This document shows positions 20,730 to 29,292 of a DNA stretch of 64,000 nucleotides, piece after piece (within the stretch, counting starts at the first letter, position 1; each line of letters opens with the position of its first letter). The stretch lies in the NCBI GenBank assembly GCA_025457665.1, contig JALOTY010000005.1, forward strand, positions 4,316 through 68,315. Direction: 5' to 3'. Below the pieces are notes generated by a model, which saw only the letters and a program-made list of their open reading frames with translations, did no database searches and was not told the DNA's origin. A program made the position numbers and the translations under genes. Origin of the DNA: Akkermansiaceae bacterium. Its GTDB lineage: Bacteria; Verrucomicrobiota; Verrucomicrobiia; Verrucomicrobiales; Akkermansiaceae.

Positions 20730-21943
20730 TGGCGGGGAAACGGCGCAGGGTGGCCATCGTCGGCGCGGGGCCAGCCGGGCTTTTTGCTGCGGAATCCGCT
20801 GCCCGGGCAGGGGCGGACGTGGTCGTTTACGAAGCCCAACGCGGTCCGGCGCGGAAGTTTCTGGTCGCCGGATACGGCGGTCTGAATTTGACCCACGGCG
20901 AAGACTTGGAGGACTTCATCGGCCGCTATTCCGGGCCCGGGCTGCCGGGATTTTTCGCCGATATCATCCGCGATTTCCCCCCCGCCGCCCTGCGCGCCTG
21001 GGCGGCGGACTTGGGGATCGAGACCTTCGAACAAAGAACCGGTCGCGTTTACCCCCGTGCGATGAAGGCAGCACCGCTGGTCAGGGCATGGCTCGCCAGG
21101 CTCGGAGAAATCGGCATCCGCCTCGAAAAGGGCAAGAGGCTGCGCTCGCTCGACCCCAGCCATGGACAGGTGCGGCTGGAATTCACCGATGACTCGCAGA
21201 CCGATGCCGATGCCGTGGTGCTTGCCCTGGGCGGAGGATCCTGGAAACGGACCGGATCGGATGGCTCCTGGGCGGCCATGCTCGGTGCCATGGGCATCAT
21301 GGTGAACCCACTCGTCCCTGCCAATGTCGGCTGGGAATGCCCCTGGCCGGAGGCTCTGGCAGAGCGCATCGAAGGCAAGCCACTCAAGAACCTCACCGCC
21401 CGGGCGACCGGGACGGAAATCCGCGGGGAAATCATGCTCACCCGCTACGGCATGGAAGGCGGGCTGATCTATCAACTCGGACCGGAACTGCGTCGAATGA
21501 TGGAGCCGGCCGTGTTTCTCGATTTGAAACCCGACAGCCCGCCCGAAGTTCTCATCCGGAAAATGGAGAGCGTGAGGGGCGATTTCCTCCACGCCACCGC
21601 CGACCGCTGGAAACTCGCCCCGCAAGCGATCGAGTTGCTGCGGAACTTCGGCCATCACCACCGCCTGGACGCTCTTGTTGCCTCGGTGAAATCCCTGAGG
21701 ATTCCCATGCAGAAACCCCGCCCCATCGATGAAGCCATTTCCTCCGCCGGCGGGGTCGCGTGGGAGGAAATCACGCCCTCGCTGATGCTGCGTTCGCTGC
21801 CCGGCGTTTATCTCGCAGGGGAAATGATCGATTGGGAGGCCCCCACAGGCGGCTATCTCATTCAGGCTTGTTTCGCCACCGGTTTTCGAGCGGGAAGGAG
21901 CGCTGCAGATGGCGGCGGACCTCTTGCCGATCAAGGTGCCTGA
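20729..21943 (+). CDS. HI0933/BaiN-family NAD(P)/FAD-dependent flavoprotein
   Basis: IVGAGPAGL, RKFLVAGYGGLNLTH, GRVYP, LALGGGSW, EAISSAGGV, GEMIDWEAPTGGYL. Confidence 0.9.
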   Translation: MAGKRRRVAIVGAGPAGLFAAESAARAGADVVVYEAQRGPARKFLVAGYGGLNLTHGEDLEDFIGRYSGPGLPGFFADIIRDFPPAALRAWAADLGIETFEQRTGRVYPRAMKAAPLVRAWLARLGEIGIRLEKGKRLRSLDPSHGQVRLEFTDDSQTDADAVVLALGGGSWKRTGSDGSWAAMLGAMGIMVNPLVPANVGWECPWPEALAERIEGKPLKNLTARATGTEIRGEIMLTRYGMEGGLIYQLGPELRRMMEPAVFLDLKPDSPPEVLIRKMESVRGDFLHATADRWKLAPQAIELLRNFGHHHRLDALVASVKSLRIPMQKPRPIDEAISSAGGVAWEEITPSLMLRSLPGVYLAGEMIDWEAPTGGYLIQACFATGFRAGRSAADGGGPLADQGA

Positions 21944-22500
21944 ACCACCTTGGCCTCACGGAGGGTCGTGCGGCCATTGGCCAGATCCAGGGTGCCCGCC
22001 ACCCGCACCCAGTCGTCCCTTCTCAGGGTGAGCAAGGCCGCTGTTTGATCCGCCGTGAACTCCACTTGCAAGCTCAAGACGCCGTTCACCGAAGAGTTGC
22101 CGGAGATCGATGCCGCGTAAGGCAGAAGGAATTTCCCCGAAGCCGCTCCATCCTTGGAAACCAGCTCGCCCACTTGCAGGTCCCAGCTCACCTGCGAACC
22201 CTGCGCCGCCTGGTTGAAGGCATCCTTGGCAAGCTGCGTGATGCGGCTGTCCTGTTGGAAACGGAGGAACGTCTCACGCGGCACCGCATCACCCGGCGAT
22301 GGCGGCGGGCCCAAGGGGGCATTGAAATCCATTTGCACCGCCCCGGCCAGAGGGGCCGAAGGAGACTTCGATTCGGCGCTGGAGCTATCGGATTTCGCCA
22401 CCTTCACCAGCCCGTAAATCAGCCCGAGCACCATCAGGATGACCACCGCCACCGCGACCCACGCCGCGATCCAACACCCGCTCGGTTTCTTGGTTTCCAT
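21931..22500 (-). CDS. Hypothetical single-pass membrane protein, possibly OB-fold-like
   Basis: Start METKKPSGCWIAAW at 22500; N-terminal TM helix followed by ...GSQVSWDLQV...DDWVRVAGTL. Confidence 0.6.
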   Translation of the reverse strand: METKKPSGCWIAAWVAVAVVILMVLGLIYGLVKVAKSDSSSAESKSPSAPLAGAVQMDFNAPLGPPPSPGDAVPRETFLRFQQDSRITQLAKDAFNQAAQGSQVSWDLQVGELVSKDGAASGKFLLPYAASISGNSSVNGVLSLQVEFTADQTAALLTLRRDDWVRVAGTLDLANGRTTLREAKVVQAP

Positions 22501-22768
22501 GCCGCAAACGTGGCAGATGCCCCGACCGCCGCCACTCCAAAAATCCGCCGTGGATCGAATCACCTCCCGGGTGAAATCAGAGATGCTCTGGTGACTTGGC
22601 TCTGAAACTCTTGTCTCAGCCCATCGGTAATTCCTGCCTCAGGCAATCCCCCATCCCGAAACGTCTCCATGCATCGGCGTCGATTTCCCACCACTGCCAC
22701 CGCCGCGGGCTTGGGCCTGCTCAGTGCCCCGCCCGCCGTCGGCTGATCCCGCATCCGGAAGCTTTCCT

Positions 22769-23827
22769 TCAGGGTGCGGGACGCAGGGGAATGGCCACCA
22801 GAAAACTGTGGTTCAGATCTTCGCGATCCGCTACCGCGCAGAACAGCACCTCGGGGCGGCCGTCCTTGAACCACAATTGCGGCCGCTCCAGCTTCTTCAA
22901 CTCCTGCCATTCCCCGCCTTCCCATTTCACACCGATCTTGGAAACCAGCGCCTCCACCGCCGGACTCCAGGAAATGCCGTCCTGCGATTCGAACAAAGCC
23001 AGCGAAGGCCCGGCCTTGGTGAAATGTCCGCGGAAGTCTTTCACGATCGCCCGATACCACCCCGCCTCCACCCACACAAAAGGATCCTCCGCCGGGAAAT
23101 CCGAACCCGCTGCGGTAAACACCGGATCCGGTCGCTTCTCGAATGGCCCGGTCGGCGAATCCGAAGTCGCCACCACATGCACCACCGGCCCTCCAAAGGG
23201 CTTCGGCCCCTTGTCCGCCACTGCCTTGTAAACCATCAGATAGCCCCCTTCCGGTCGCTTCACCACGCTCGGATTCGCCAGACAAAGCGCATCGTGAAAT
23301 CCGGGCGTCGGCTGGATCAGAGGCTCATCCATCCTTTTCCACGGACCTGCCGGCGAGTCCGCCACCGCCACGCCGATCCGCTGCTGGTTCCGGTGCGACC
23401 AGTTCAAGGTCTTCATCGCTTTGCCATCGCCCACATTCCCCATGTAGTAGAGGTAGTATTTCCCATCGAAGCACTGGATCGTCGGGTTATGCGTGCAATG
23501 GCCGTCCCAAAAATCCTCACCGCGTGCCGGAAGCACCACTTCCACATGCCGGTAGGGACCCAGCGGATCGTCCGCCACCGCCCTTGCCACCTCGGAATGC
23601 GTGACCCAGGCCAGATGCCCGAGCGACGCCGGCCAGCGGGAATAAAAAAGGTGATACTTGCCATCCTCCCCCGTCACCATCGATCCGCACCAGATGTTGT
23701 AATCCGGATCGGAAAACTTCGCCCTCGCCGGAATCTCTCCGGGAAGGATCGGCACCGGCCCGGCCTTCAAAACCATGGGTATCCCGAGAAATCCCGCCGC
23801 CGCAAGGATCGCCAAACCTTTCATCAT
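22769..23827 (-). CDS. Exported five-bladed beta-propeller glycoside hydrolase (GH43/32/68-like)
   Basis: Start MMKGLAIL at 23827; WCGS...GKYHLFYSRW, HNPTI, SPAGPW, ANPSV, AEDPFVW, KLERPQL. Confidence 0.8.
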   Translation of the reverse strand: MMKGLAILAAAGFLGIPMVLKAGPVPILPGEIPARAKFSDPDYNIWCGSMVTGEDGKYHLFYSRWPASLGHLAWVTHSEVARAVADDPLGPYRHVEVVLPARGEDFWDGHCTHNPTIQCFDGKYYLYYMGNVGDGKAMKTLNWSHRNQQRIGVAVADSPAGPWKRMDEPLIQPTPGFHDALCLANPSVVKRPEGGYLMVYKAVADKGPKPFGGPVVHVVATSDSPTGPFEKRPDPVFTAAGSDFPAEDPFVWVEAGWYRAIVKDFRGHFTKAGPSLALFESQDGISWSPAVEALVSKIGVKWEGGEWQELKKLERPQLWFKDGRPEVLFCAVADREDLNHSFLVAIPLRPAP

Positions 23828-23912
23828 CGCCCCATCCTGCCAGCCCCCGGCACGCCGCGTCCATGGGCATTTGCGCATCGTTTCCCCGAATTTCCCCACC
23901 CGTTCCACCCCC

Positions 23913-23952
23913 AAAAAAGCGAGGCCGCCGGGGTCCCACGCCCGGCGGCCTC
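23913..23952 (-). terminator. Rho-independent terminator on the minus strand
   Basis: Perfect 12-bp stem GAGGCCGCCGGG (23921-23932) / CCCGGCGGCCTC (23941-23952) with an 8-nt loop, followed on the minus strand by GCTTTTTT. Confidence 0.75.
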
Positions 23953-24112
23953 AAGTTTGTCAAAATCCCACACCCATGGGAGATCGACTGTGCTGTTTAC
24001 CCTTACTTTGAACCCGCTTGCGCGGTGTTCGAGGAGATAGACCATCGACAAGTGGCGACGTTCAAAGAAAGTTGATTAATTTTTAAAAATACTTTCGCGA
24101 GACCCCGTCGAA

Positions 24113-24793
24113 TCATCGCAAGCCCCTGGAAGCCAATTCATAAGGGATTTCCACCAGCTTTTCCCGCAAGGCGGCGAAGTACCGCTCGCCGGGCTCCGGG
24201 GTCAGCGGATGGGACCCCGTGAAGCTGCCGAATGCCGGAATGACCAATTGCTCGCCCCGCAAACGGAAACATGCCTGCCGCAGCGACGAACGCGGCGATG
24301 CCGCGATCCGCAGGGACGGATGCAGATGCCCGGCGATCCCCGGCTGGTCGGCGGCAAGATCGGCCGGATCATGCACCACCCGCAGTCCGCCGATGTCGAG
24401 AAAAGGCACCGTCTCCATCGCGATCCGGCCGGCCCGGCGATCGTGATTTCCCTCGATGAGCAGGATGTCGCAATCGAGCGACTCACACCACTCCGCCAGT
24501 CGCACCGGGAAACCGCCCCCCAGCGAAGCCGGAGCGTGGACCAGATCCCCGGCCACCAGCAAACGCTTCGCCGCCATGCTCCGCGTCAGATCGCTCAGAC
24601 GCTCCAGATCCGCCGCCGTTTCCCCCTCCGGCACCGGAATGCCCCGGGCCCGGAACGCGGCCGACTTGCCCAGGTGGACATCGGCCACGATCAAATCCCC
24701 ACTCTCCGGCAGCCAAACGGCAGGGGCGGGCAGGAGATCGATGGCGGTGCGGGCGATTTCGAGACGCATGGCGGCAGGGGCAGACTCCGGCAT
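24113..24793 (-). CDS. pdeM: Ligase-associated DNA damage response metallophosphoesterase/endonuclease
   Basis: LIVADVHLGKSAAFRARGIPVPEG, AGDLVH, EGNHD, HDP, AGHLHP, LVIPAFGSFTG. Start at 24793 or 24769; track ORF 24113..26008 is over-extended. Confidence 0.85.
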   Translation of the reverse strand: MPESAPAAMRLEIARTAIDLLPAPAVWLPESGDLIVADVHLGKSAAFRARGIPVPEGETAADLERLSDLTRSMAAKRLLVAGDLVHAPASLGGGFPVRLAEWCESLDCDILLIEGNHDRRAGRIAMETVPFLDIGGLRVVHDPADLAADQPGIAGHLHPSLRIAASPRSSLRQACFRLRGEQLVIPAFGSFTGSHPLTPEPGERYFAALREKLVEIPYELASRGLR

Positions 24794-24862
24794 GCTCCGG
24801 GCCCGCGCGAAAGTGACGCATTCGATACTGGATGACAACGGGAGGCGTGCAAAATCCCCACC

Positions 24863-25858
24863 ATGAAGCGGGTCCTTGTTTTTCTGGCGATGATCTTGCC
24901 CCTGAGTCCGGCGAGCGCCGCAGAAGTCGTGCCCCGACTCCGCGTCATCGTGGACAACGACTTCGGCGGCGATCCCGATGGCCTTTTCCAGCTCGCCCAC
25001 CTGCTGCTTTCTCCCGCCGTCGAAGTCCGCGGGGTCATCGCTTCCCGCCACCATGCTGCCGGCTTTTACGGCTTCCCCGGAAACGCCGCCCACGGTCGGA
25101 AAATCGCCGCCGATCTCGTGGCTCTCATGGATCGTTCGCAAGCTTTCCCGCTGGTGGCCGGGTCGGAGGAGTCCATGGAAACATCCCTGGACGCCCCGCT
25201 TTCCGAGGCGGCGACCTTGATCCGCGATGAAGCCCTGCGAAAAGACGACCCACGCCCGCTTTTCGTCCTTTGTGGCGGGGGCTTGACGGATGTCGCCCTC
25301 GCCTTGAGGAAAGAACCCTTGATCGAAGACCGCCTCACCGTGGTCTGGATCGGCGGCCCCGAACATCCCGGCACGGCCGCCCCACCGCCCGGCAAACCGC
25401 GGATGGAATACAATCTCTCCATCGATCCCGCCGCCGGGCGCTGGATCTTCGGCGATTCGAAAGTCCGGCTCTGGCAGGTGCCGCGAAACACCTATCGCCA
25501 GGCCCTCGTTTCCCATGCGGAACTCCGCACCGGCCTGGACGCCCGGGGAAAACTGGGCGGCTTCCTCTGGCAAAGCCTCGTGGATCTGCTGAAACGGGCC
25601 GATGGCCGTCTCGGCGAAGCCTACGTCCTCGGCGATAATCCCCTGGTCCTGCTCACCGCCCTCCAATCTTCCTGGGAACCGGATGCCGCGTCCTCGGTTT
25701 TCCAGGAAATCCCCGCACCCGGGATCGATGCCGCCGGAAACTATGTCGGCAGCAAGGATGGCCGAATGATCCGCGTCTGCCAGGAAATCGACATGCGGCT
25801 GATGATGGCCGACTTTTTCGCCAAGGTCGCCGAGTTCGATGCCGCGGTGAAACCTTAG
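24863..25858 (+). CDS. Exported nucleoside hydrolase (IU-NH family-like)
   Basis: Signal peptide; RVIVDNDFGGDPDGL, GGGLTDVA, VWIGG, EYNLSID, LGDNPLVL. Confidence 0.75.
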   Translation: MKRVLVFLAMILPLSPASAAEVVPRLRVIVDNDFGGDPDGLFQLAHLLLSPAVEVRGVIASRHHAAGFYGFPGNAAHGRKIAADLVALMDRSQAFPLVAGSEESMETSLDAPLSEAATLIRDEALRKDDPRPLFVLCGGGLTDVALALRKEPLIEDRLTVVWIGGPEHPGTAAPPPGKPRMEYNLSIDPAAGRWIFGDSKVRLWQVPRNTYRQALVSHAELRTGLDARGKLGGFLWQSLVDLLKRADGRLGEAYVLGDNPLVLLTALQSSWEPDAASSVFQEIPAPGIDAAGNYVGSKDGRMIRVCQEIDMRLMMADFFAKVAEFDAAVKP

Positions 25859-25916
25859 AATCGGCTCCGCCCGGAAGACCCATTTGACGCCGCAAGGAAG
25901 CTGGCGAGGGTGGGGC

Positions 25917-26618
25917 ATGAGTGAAGGAACGATCTTGGTGGTGGGCGCAGGTTCGGGAATCGGTCGCGCCGTCGCGGTGAAAGCCATCGAAGCCGGCAGA
26001 CCCGTCATCGCCGCCGTGAGGGATGCATCGAAAGTCGCAGACCTCGGGATCGAGACCCTGCCATTCGACGCGGAAACCCCACCCCAGTGGCAACTTCCGG
26101 AAAAACTCGGCGGCCTCGTTTACTGCCCCGGCAGCATCTTGCTCAAACCCTTCCATCGCCTCTCCGATGAAGAGTTCCTGCGCGACTTCGAGATCAATTG
26201 CATGGGCGCGGTGCGATCCATCCGCGCCGCCCTGCCCGCCCTGAAGGCCTCCGGCTGCGGATCCATCGTGCTCTTTTCCACCGTCGCCGTCGCCCAAGGC
26301 ATGCCCTTCCACGCTTCCATCGCCACTGCCAAGGCCGCCATCGAAGGCCTCGCCCGCTCCCTCGCCGCCGAACTCGCCCCGGCCATCCGCGTGAATGTCA
26401 TCGCTCCTTCTCTCACAGACACGCCGCTTGCCGCCACACTTCTCAATACCGACCCCAAACGCGAAGCCGCCGCGAAGCGACATCCGCTGCAGAACGTCGG
26501 TGCCGCGGCAGACGTGGCATCGCTCGTGATGTTTCTGTTAGGCAGTGGGTCCGGCTTCATGACCGGCCAGGTCCTCCGGCCCGATGGCGGCCTGAGCTCC
26601 GTCCGCACCTTTGCCTAA
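25917..26618 (+). CDS. Short-chain dehydrogenase/reductase
   Basis: Start MSEGTILVVGAGSGIG at 25917; FSTVA, IRVNVIAPSLTDTP, TGQVLRPDGG. The catalytic YxxxK position reads IATAK, i.e. atypical. Confidence 0.85.
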   Translation: MSEGTILVVGAGSGIGRAVAVKAIEAGRPVIAAVRDASKVADLGIETLPFDAETPPQWQLPEKLGGLVYCPGSILLKPFHRLSDEEFLRDFEINCMGAVRSIRAALPALKASGCGSIVLFSTVAVAQGMPFHASIATAKAAIEGLARSLAAELAPAIRVNVIAPSLTDTPLAATLLNTDPKREAAAKRHPLQNVGAAADVASLVMFLLGSGSGFMTGQVLRPDGGLSSVRTFA

Positions 26619-26641
26619 CGGCATCGTCGCCCGCACTTCTG

Positions 26642-27007
26642 TTAGACCGCCTTGCTTTTCAGAAAGGCGACCGCGGCGGCGATCCATGAGGCGATGATCA
26701 GCACGCCACCCACCGGAGTCACCGGGCCCAGGAAGGAAACGTTTTCTAACAGACAGAGCAGATAGATGCTGCCGGAAAACAGCAGCACGCCCGCCAGCAT
26801 GGTCCATCCCGCCCGGGTCAATCCGGCCTGGGCGAGCACCAGCGCGGCGATGGAGTGGGTCAGATGATAGAGCACGGCGGTATCGAAGGAGTCCACATGA
26901 CCGGCCTTTTTCAGAAAGTCATGAAGCGCATGGGCCGCCAGCGCGCCAAGGCCCACGGAGAGGGCGGCGGAAAGGGCGGCGGCAGCGGCGAGGGGACGTG
27001 ATTTCAT
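26642..27007 (-). CDS. DUF423 (YgdD/TMEM256-like) membrane protein
   Basis: Start MKSRPL at 27007; GALAAH, TAVLYHLTH, LFSGSIY, GPVTPVGG. Confidence 0.88.
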   Translation of the reverse strand: MKSRPLAAAAALSAALSVGLGALAAHALHDFLKKAGHVDSFDTAVLYHLTHSIAALVLAQAGLTRAGWTMLAGVLLFSGSIYLLCLLENVSFLGPVTPVGGVLIIASWIAAAVAFLKSKAV

Positions 27008-27358
27008 GCCCCGGACGCTATCCGGCCCACCCGCGGTAGGCCACGGAAGTTTTTCGGAAATCCCCGCCCGGCCGACCCCGGGAAATGCCCATCCCCACCG
27101 ACCCAACCCGGCCACTTCCCTCCATTTCAGGCCCTCTCCCCCCCTCAAAGTACACTGCCATCCCCTTGGCTGAGGCAGAGTACACCGGAAAAGCACCCCA
27201 ACACCCGAAAACCCCAATTTGGGCCCTCTTTTCCAAAATTTTGGGCGGTTTTCGCCCGATTTTTTATCCCAGTACACCGCGAATCACACCAAAATACACC
27301 GCGCTAATCATTGACAATCAAATGGTTAAAATTTTGTTTGGGGTCATTAGATTTTTAC

Positions 27359-27387
27359 TTGCGGATTCTGGTGTACTCCGGTGTAAT
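27359..27387 (+). promoter_or_regulatory. Candidate sigma70 promoter of the dcw operon overlapped by GGTGT direct repeats
   Basis: TTGCGG (27359-27364), 17 bp, TGTAAT (27382-27387); GGTGT at 27370 and 27380; lies in an AT-rich block upstream of mraZ. Confidence 0.5.
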
Positions 27388-27422
27388 TCGGGAGTCGTCA
27401 GCAGCGACGACGCCCTTTTCGA

Positions 27423-27875
27423 ATGTCGGCCAACGCCAAACCACTGGAGAGTCACTACGACTACAAGATGGACCCGAAGTATCGGGTTTCCGTCCCGGTG
27501 GATTACCGTCCCGACGGCGAGGGGTCGGCGCTTCGCCTGCATTCCCACAAGGAACACGGTCTTCCGGTGATCAAGGTCTACACCTCCGAGATCTTCGATG
27601 ACAAATACCGCCAGATCCGCGAGTCGGAGCTTCCGCAGGCGAAAAAGAACTCCCTCGAAGGCGCCCTGCGGATGCACTCGAAAGTCGCGACCATCAACCC
27701 GCAAGGCAAGCTGTCGATCCCCAAAGACTGGGCCGAGAAAATCGGCCTCAAAGCGGACGGCCCGGTGAAACTGGGTGGCCGCGGACACTATTTCATCATC
27801 TGCAGCGAAGAGACCTTCGACCGTCTCGAGGAAATCGAGAACAACATCGACGACGACGGCCTCGGAGTTCTCTAA
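27423..27875 (+). CDS. mraZ: Division/cell wall cluster transcriptional repressor MraZ
   Basis: Two SpoVT/AbrB-like halves (KMDPKYRVSVP; INPQGKLSIP), 150 aa, first gene of the dcw cluster. Confidence 0.85.
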   Translation: MSANAKPLESHYDYKMDPKYRVSVPVDYRPDGEGSALRLHSHKEHGLPVIKVYTSEIFDDKYRQIRESELPQAKKNSLEGALRMHSKVATINPQGKLSIPKDWAEKIGLKADGPVKLGGRGHYFIICSEETFDRLEEIENNIDDDGLGVL

Positions 27876-27921
27876 ACCGAAACATTTTCACCCAACGAAC
27901 GACAACATGCTGTTCGCCCTA

Positions 27922-27991
27922 CCAACCTCGGCATCCGGCCACACCCGTCCGGAAGCACCCACTTCCGCGATGGCGCGGATGTCGGGGTTGG
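27922..27991 (+). ncRNA. Candidate structured RNA element (long hairpin) in the mraZ-rsmH interval
   Basis: 27922-27937 pairs with 27976-27991 over 16 bp, including two G-U pairs, and encloses CGGAAG/CTTCCG (27950-27955/27962-27967) with a 6-nt loop. Confidence 0.55.
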
Positions 27992-28021
27992 GCGTTATTT
28001 TCCTGCCATGGCCCGAAGCTC

Positions 28022-28332
28022 TCGGGACAGCGCTGCGCGCCATGGCTCACAAGACGGTTGTCCGCTCCGGTTTCCATGGCTGGTTTGCGGGGCGGACGCC
28101 GGTGATTTTCCAGGCTGAGCGGAAGGAACCCATCGGGACAGCGGTCCTTTCGCCAATCAACCCGCGTGTCCGTGCCGGTTTCCATGGCTGGTTTGCGGCA
28201 CGGACCGCGGAAATTTTTCCAAAGAAAACTCCCTCACCGCCAATCGGGACAGCGGCGGCGTCGGAGTATCGCAAAACGGTTGTCCGCTCCGGTTTCCATG
28301 GCTGGTTTGCGGAGCGGACGCCGGTGACTTTC
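28022..28332 (+). repeat. Three ~111-bp tandem units, each with TCGGGACAGCG and a covarying hairpin with an invariant 18-nt loop
   Basis: TCGGGACAGCG at 28022, 28133, 28244; hairpins at 28060-28097, 28168-28205, 28282-28319 with loop GTTTCCATGGCTGGTTTG. Confidence 0.92.
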
Positions 28333-29289
28333 ATGTCGGCAGCGGGCGATGCCGCCCTGCCCCACTACCACCTGCCCGTCCTGCCCCGCGAAACCGCGAG
28401 CTGGATGAATGCCGGTCCGGGCAAATTCATCATCGATGGCACCCTCGGAGGAGGCGGCCACAGTGAAGCCATGCTCGAAGCCGGAGCCCGCGTCCTCGGC
28501 GTCGATCGCGACCCCGAGGCCATCGCCCACGCCAGCCGCCGACTCGAACGCTTCGGCGACCGCTTCCAAAGCTGGCAGGGAAATTTTGGAGAACTCCATT
28601 GCTACCCCGAGGTTCAGGGGGGAGAGCTGGCCGATGGCCTGCTTCTGGACCTCGGGGTTTCTTCTCATCAGCTCGATGACGCCTCGCGCGGATTTTCCTT
28701 CATGCGTGAAGGCCCGCTCGACATGCGCATGGGCCCGGCCAGCCGGATGACGGCGGCCGATGTCGTGAATACCTACGCGGAAAGCGACCTGGTCCGCATC
28801 CTTCGCGAGTATGGCGAGGAACCCCAGGCCCGCCGGATCGCCGCCGCCATCGTCCGTCAGCGCGAAAAGACCCTTTTCGAAACCACCGCCGATCTCGCCC
28901 AGTGCATCGAGCGCGCCATCGGCCGCAGCGGCAAGACCCACCCCGCCACCCGTGCCTTCCAGGCCATCCGCATCGAGGTGAACGATGAGTTCGGCTCCCT
29001 CCGCAGCGCCTTGGAAAAGGCCGATCGACTCCTCAAACCCGGAGGGCGACTCCTCGTCATCACCTTCCACAGCCTGGAGGACCGGATGGTGAAACAGTTT
29101 TTCCGCGACCGCTCGCGAGAGTGGATCGACCAGCCCGAATGGCCGGAACCCCGGCCGAATCCACTGCGAACCTTCCGGCTGCCACAGCCCAAGGCCATCG
29201 CCGCCAGCCCCGAAGAAATCCGAACGAACCCCCGGGCCCGCAGTGCAAAACTGCGGGTCGCCGAGCTTCTGGACCCCAAGCCCCGCTAA
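28333..29289 (+). CDS. rsmH: 16S rRNA m4C1402 methyltransferase
   Basis: HLPVL, IDGTLGGGGHS, GVDRDPEA, LDLGVSSHQLD, GPLDMRM, HPATRAFQAIRIEVN, ITFHSLEDRMVK, NPRARSAKLRV. Core start ATG 28333 gives 318 aa; the frame is also open upstream to ATG 27907. Confidence 0.93.
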   Translation: MSAAGDAALPHYHLPVLPRETASWMNAGPGKFIIDGTLGGGGHSEAMLEAGARVLGVDRDPEAIAHASRRLERFGDRFQSWQGNFGELHCYPEVQGGELADGLLLDLGVSSHQLDDASRGFSFMREGPLDMRMGPASRMTAADVVNTYAESDLVRILREYGEEPQARRIAAAIVRQREKTLFETTADLAQCIERAIGRSGKTHPATRAFQAIRIEVNDEFGSLRSALEKADRLLKPGGRLLVITFHSLEDRMVKQFFRDRSREWIDQPEWPEPRPNPLRTFRLPQPKAIAASPEEIRTNPRARSAKLRVAELLDPKPR

Positions 29290-29292
29290 ATC

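Noticed and set aside
23824-24051. 75-aa minus-strand ORF in the pdeM-hydrolase gap
   Set aside because: It runs through a strong terminator hairpin and has no recognisable features.
27311-27332. TTGACA with TAAAAT as the dcw promoter
   Set aside because: The spacing is only 10 bp; the TTGCGG-N17-TGTAAT pair fits better.
28022-28332. Hairpin repeats as a CRISPR array
   Set aside because: Only three units, the stems themselves vary, the linkers share sequence, and there are no cas genes.
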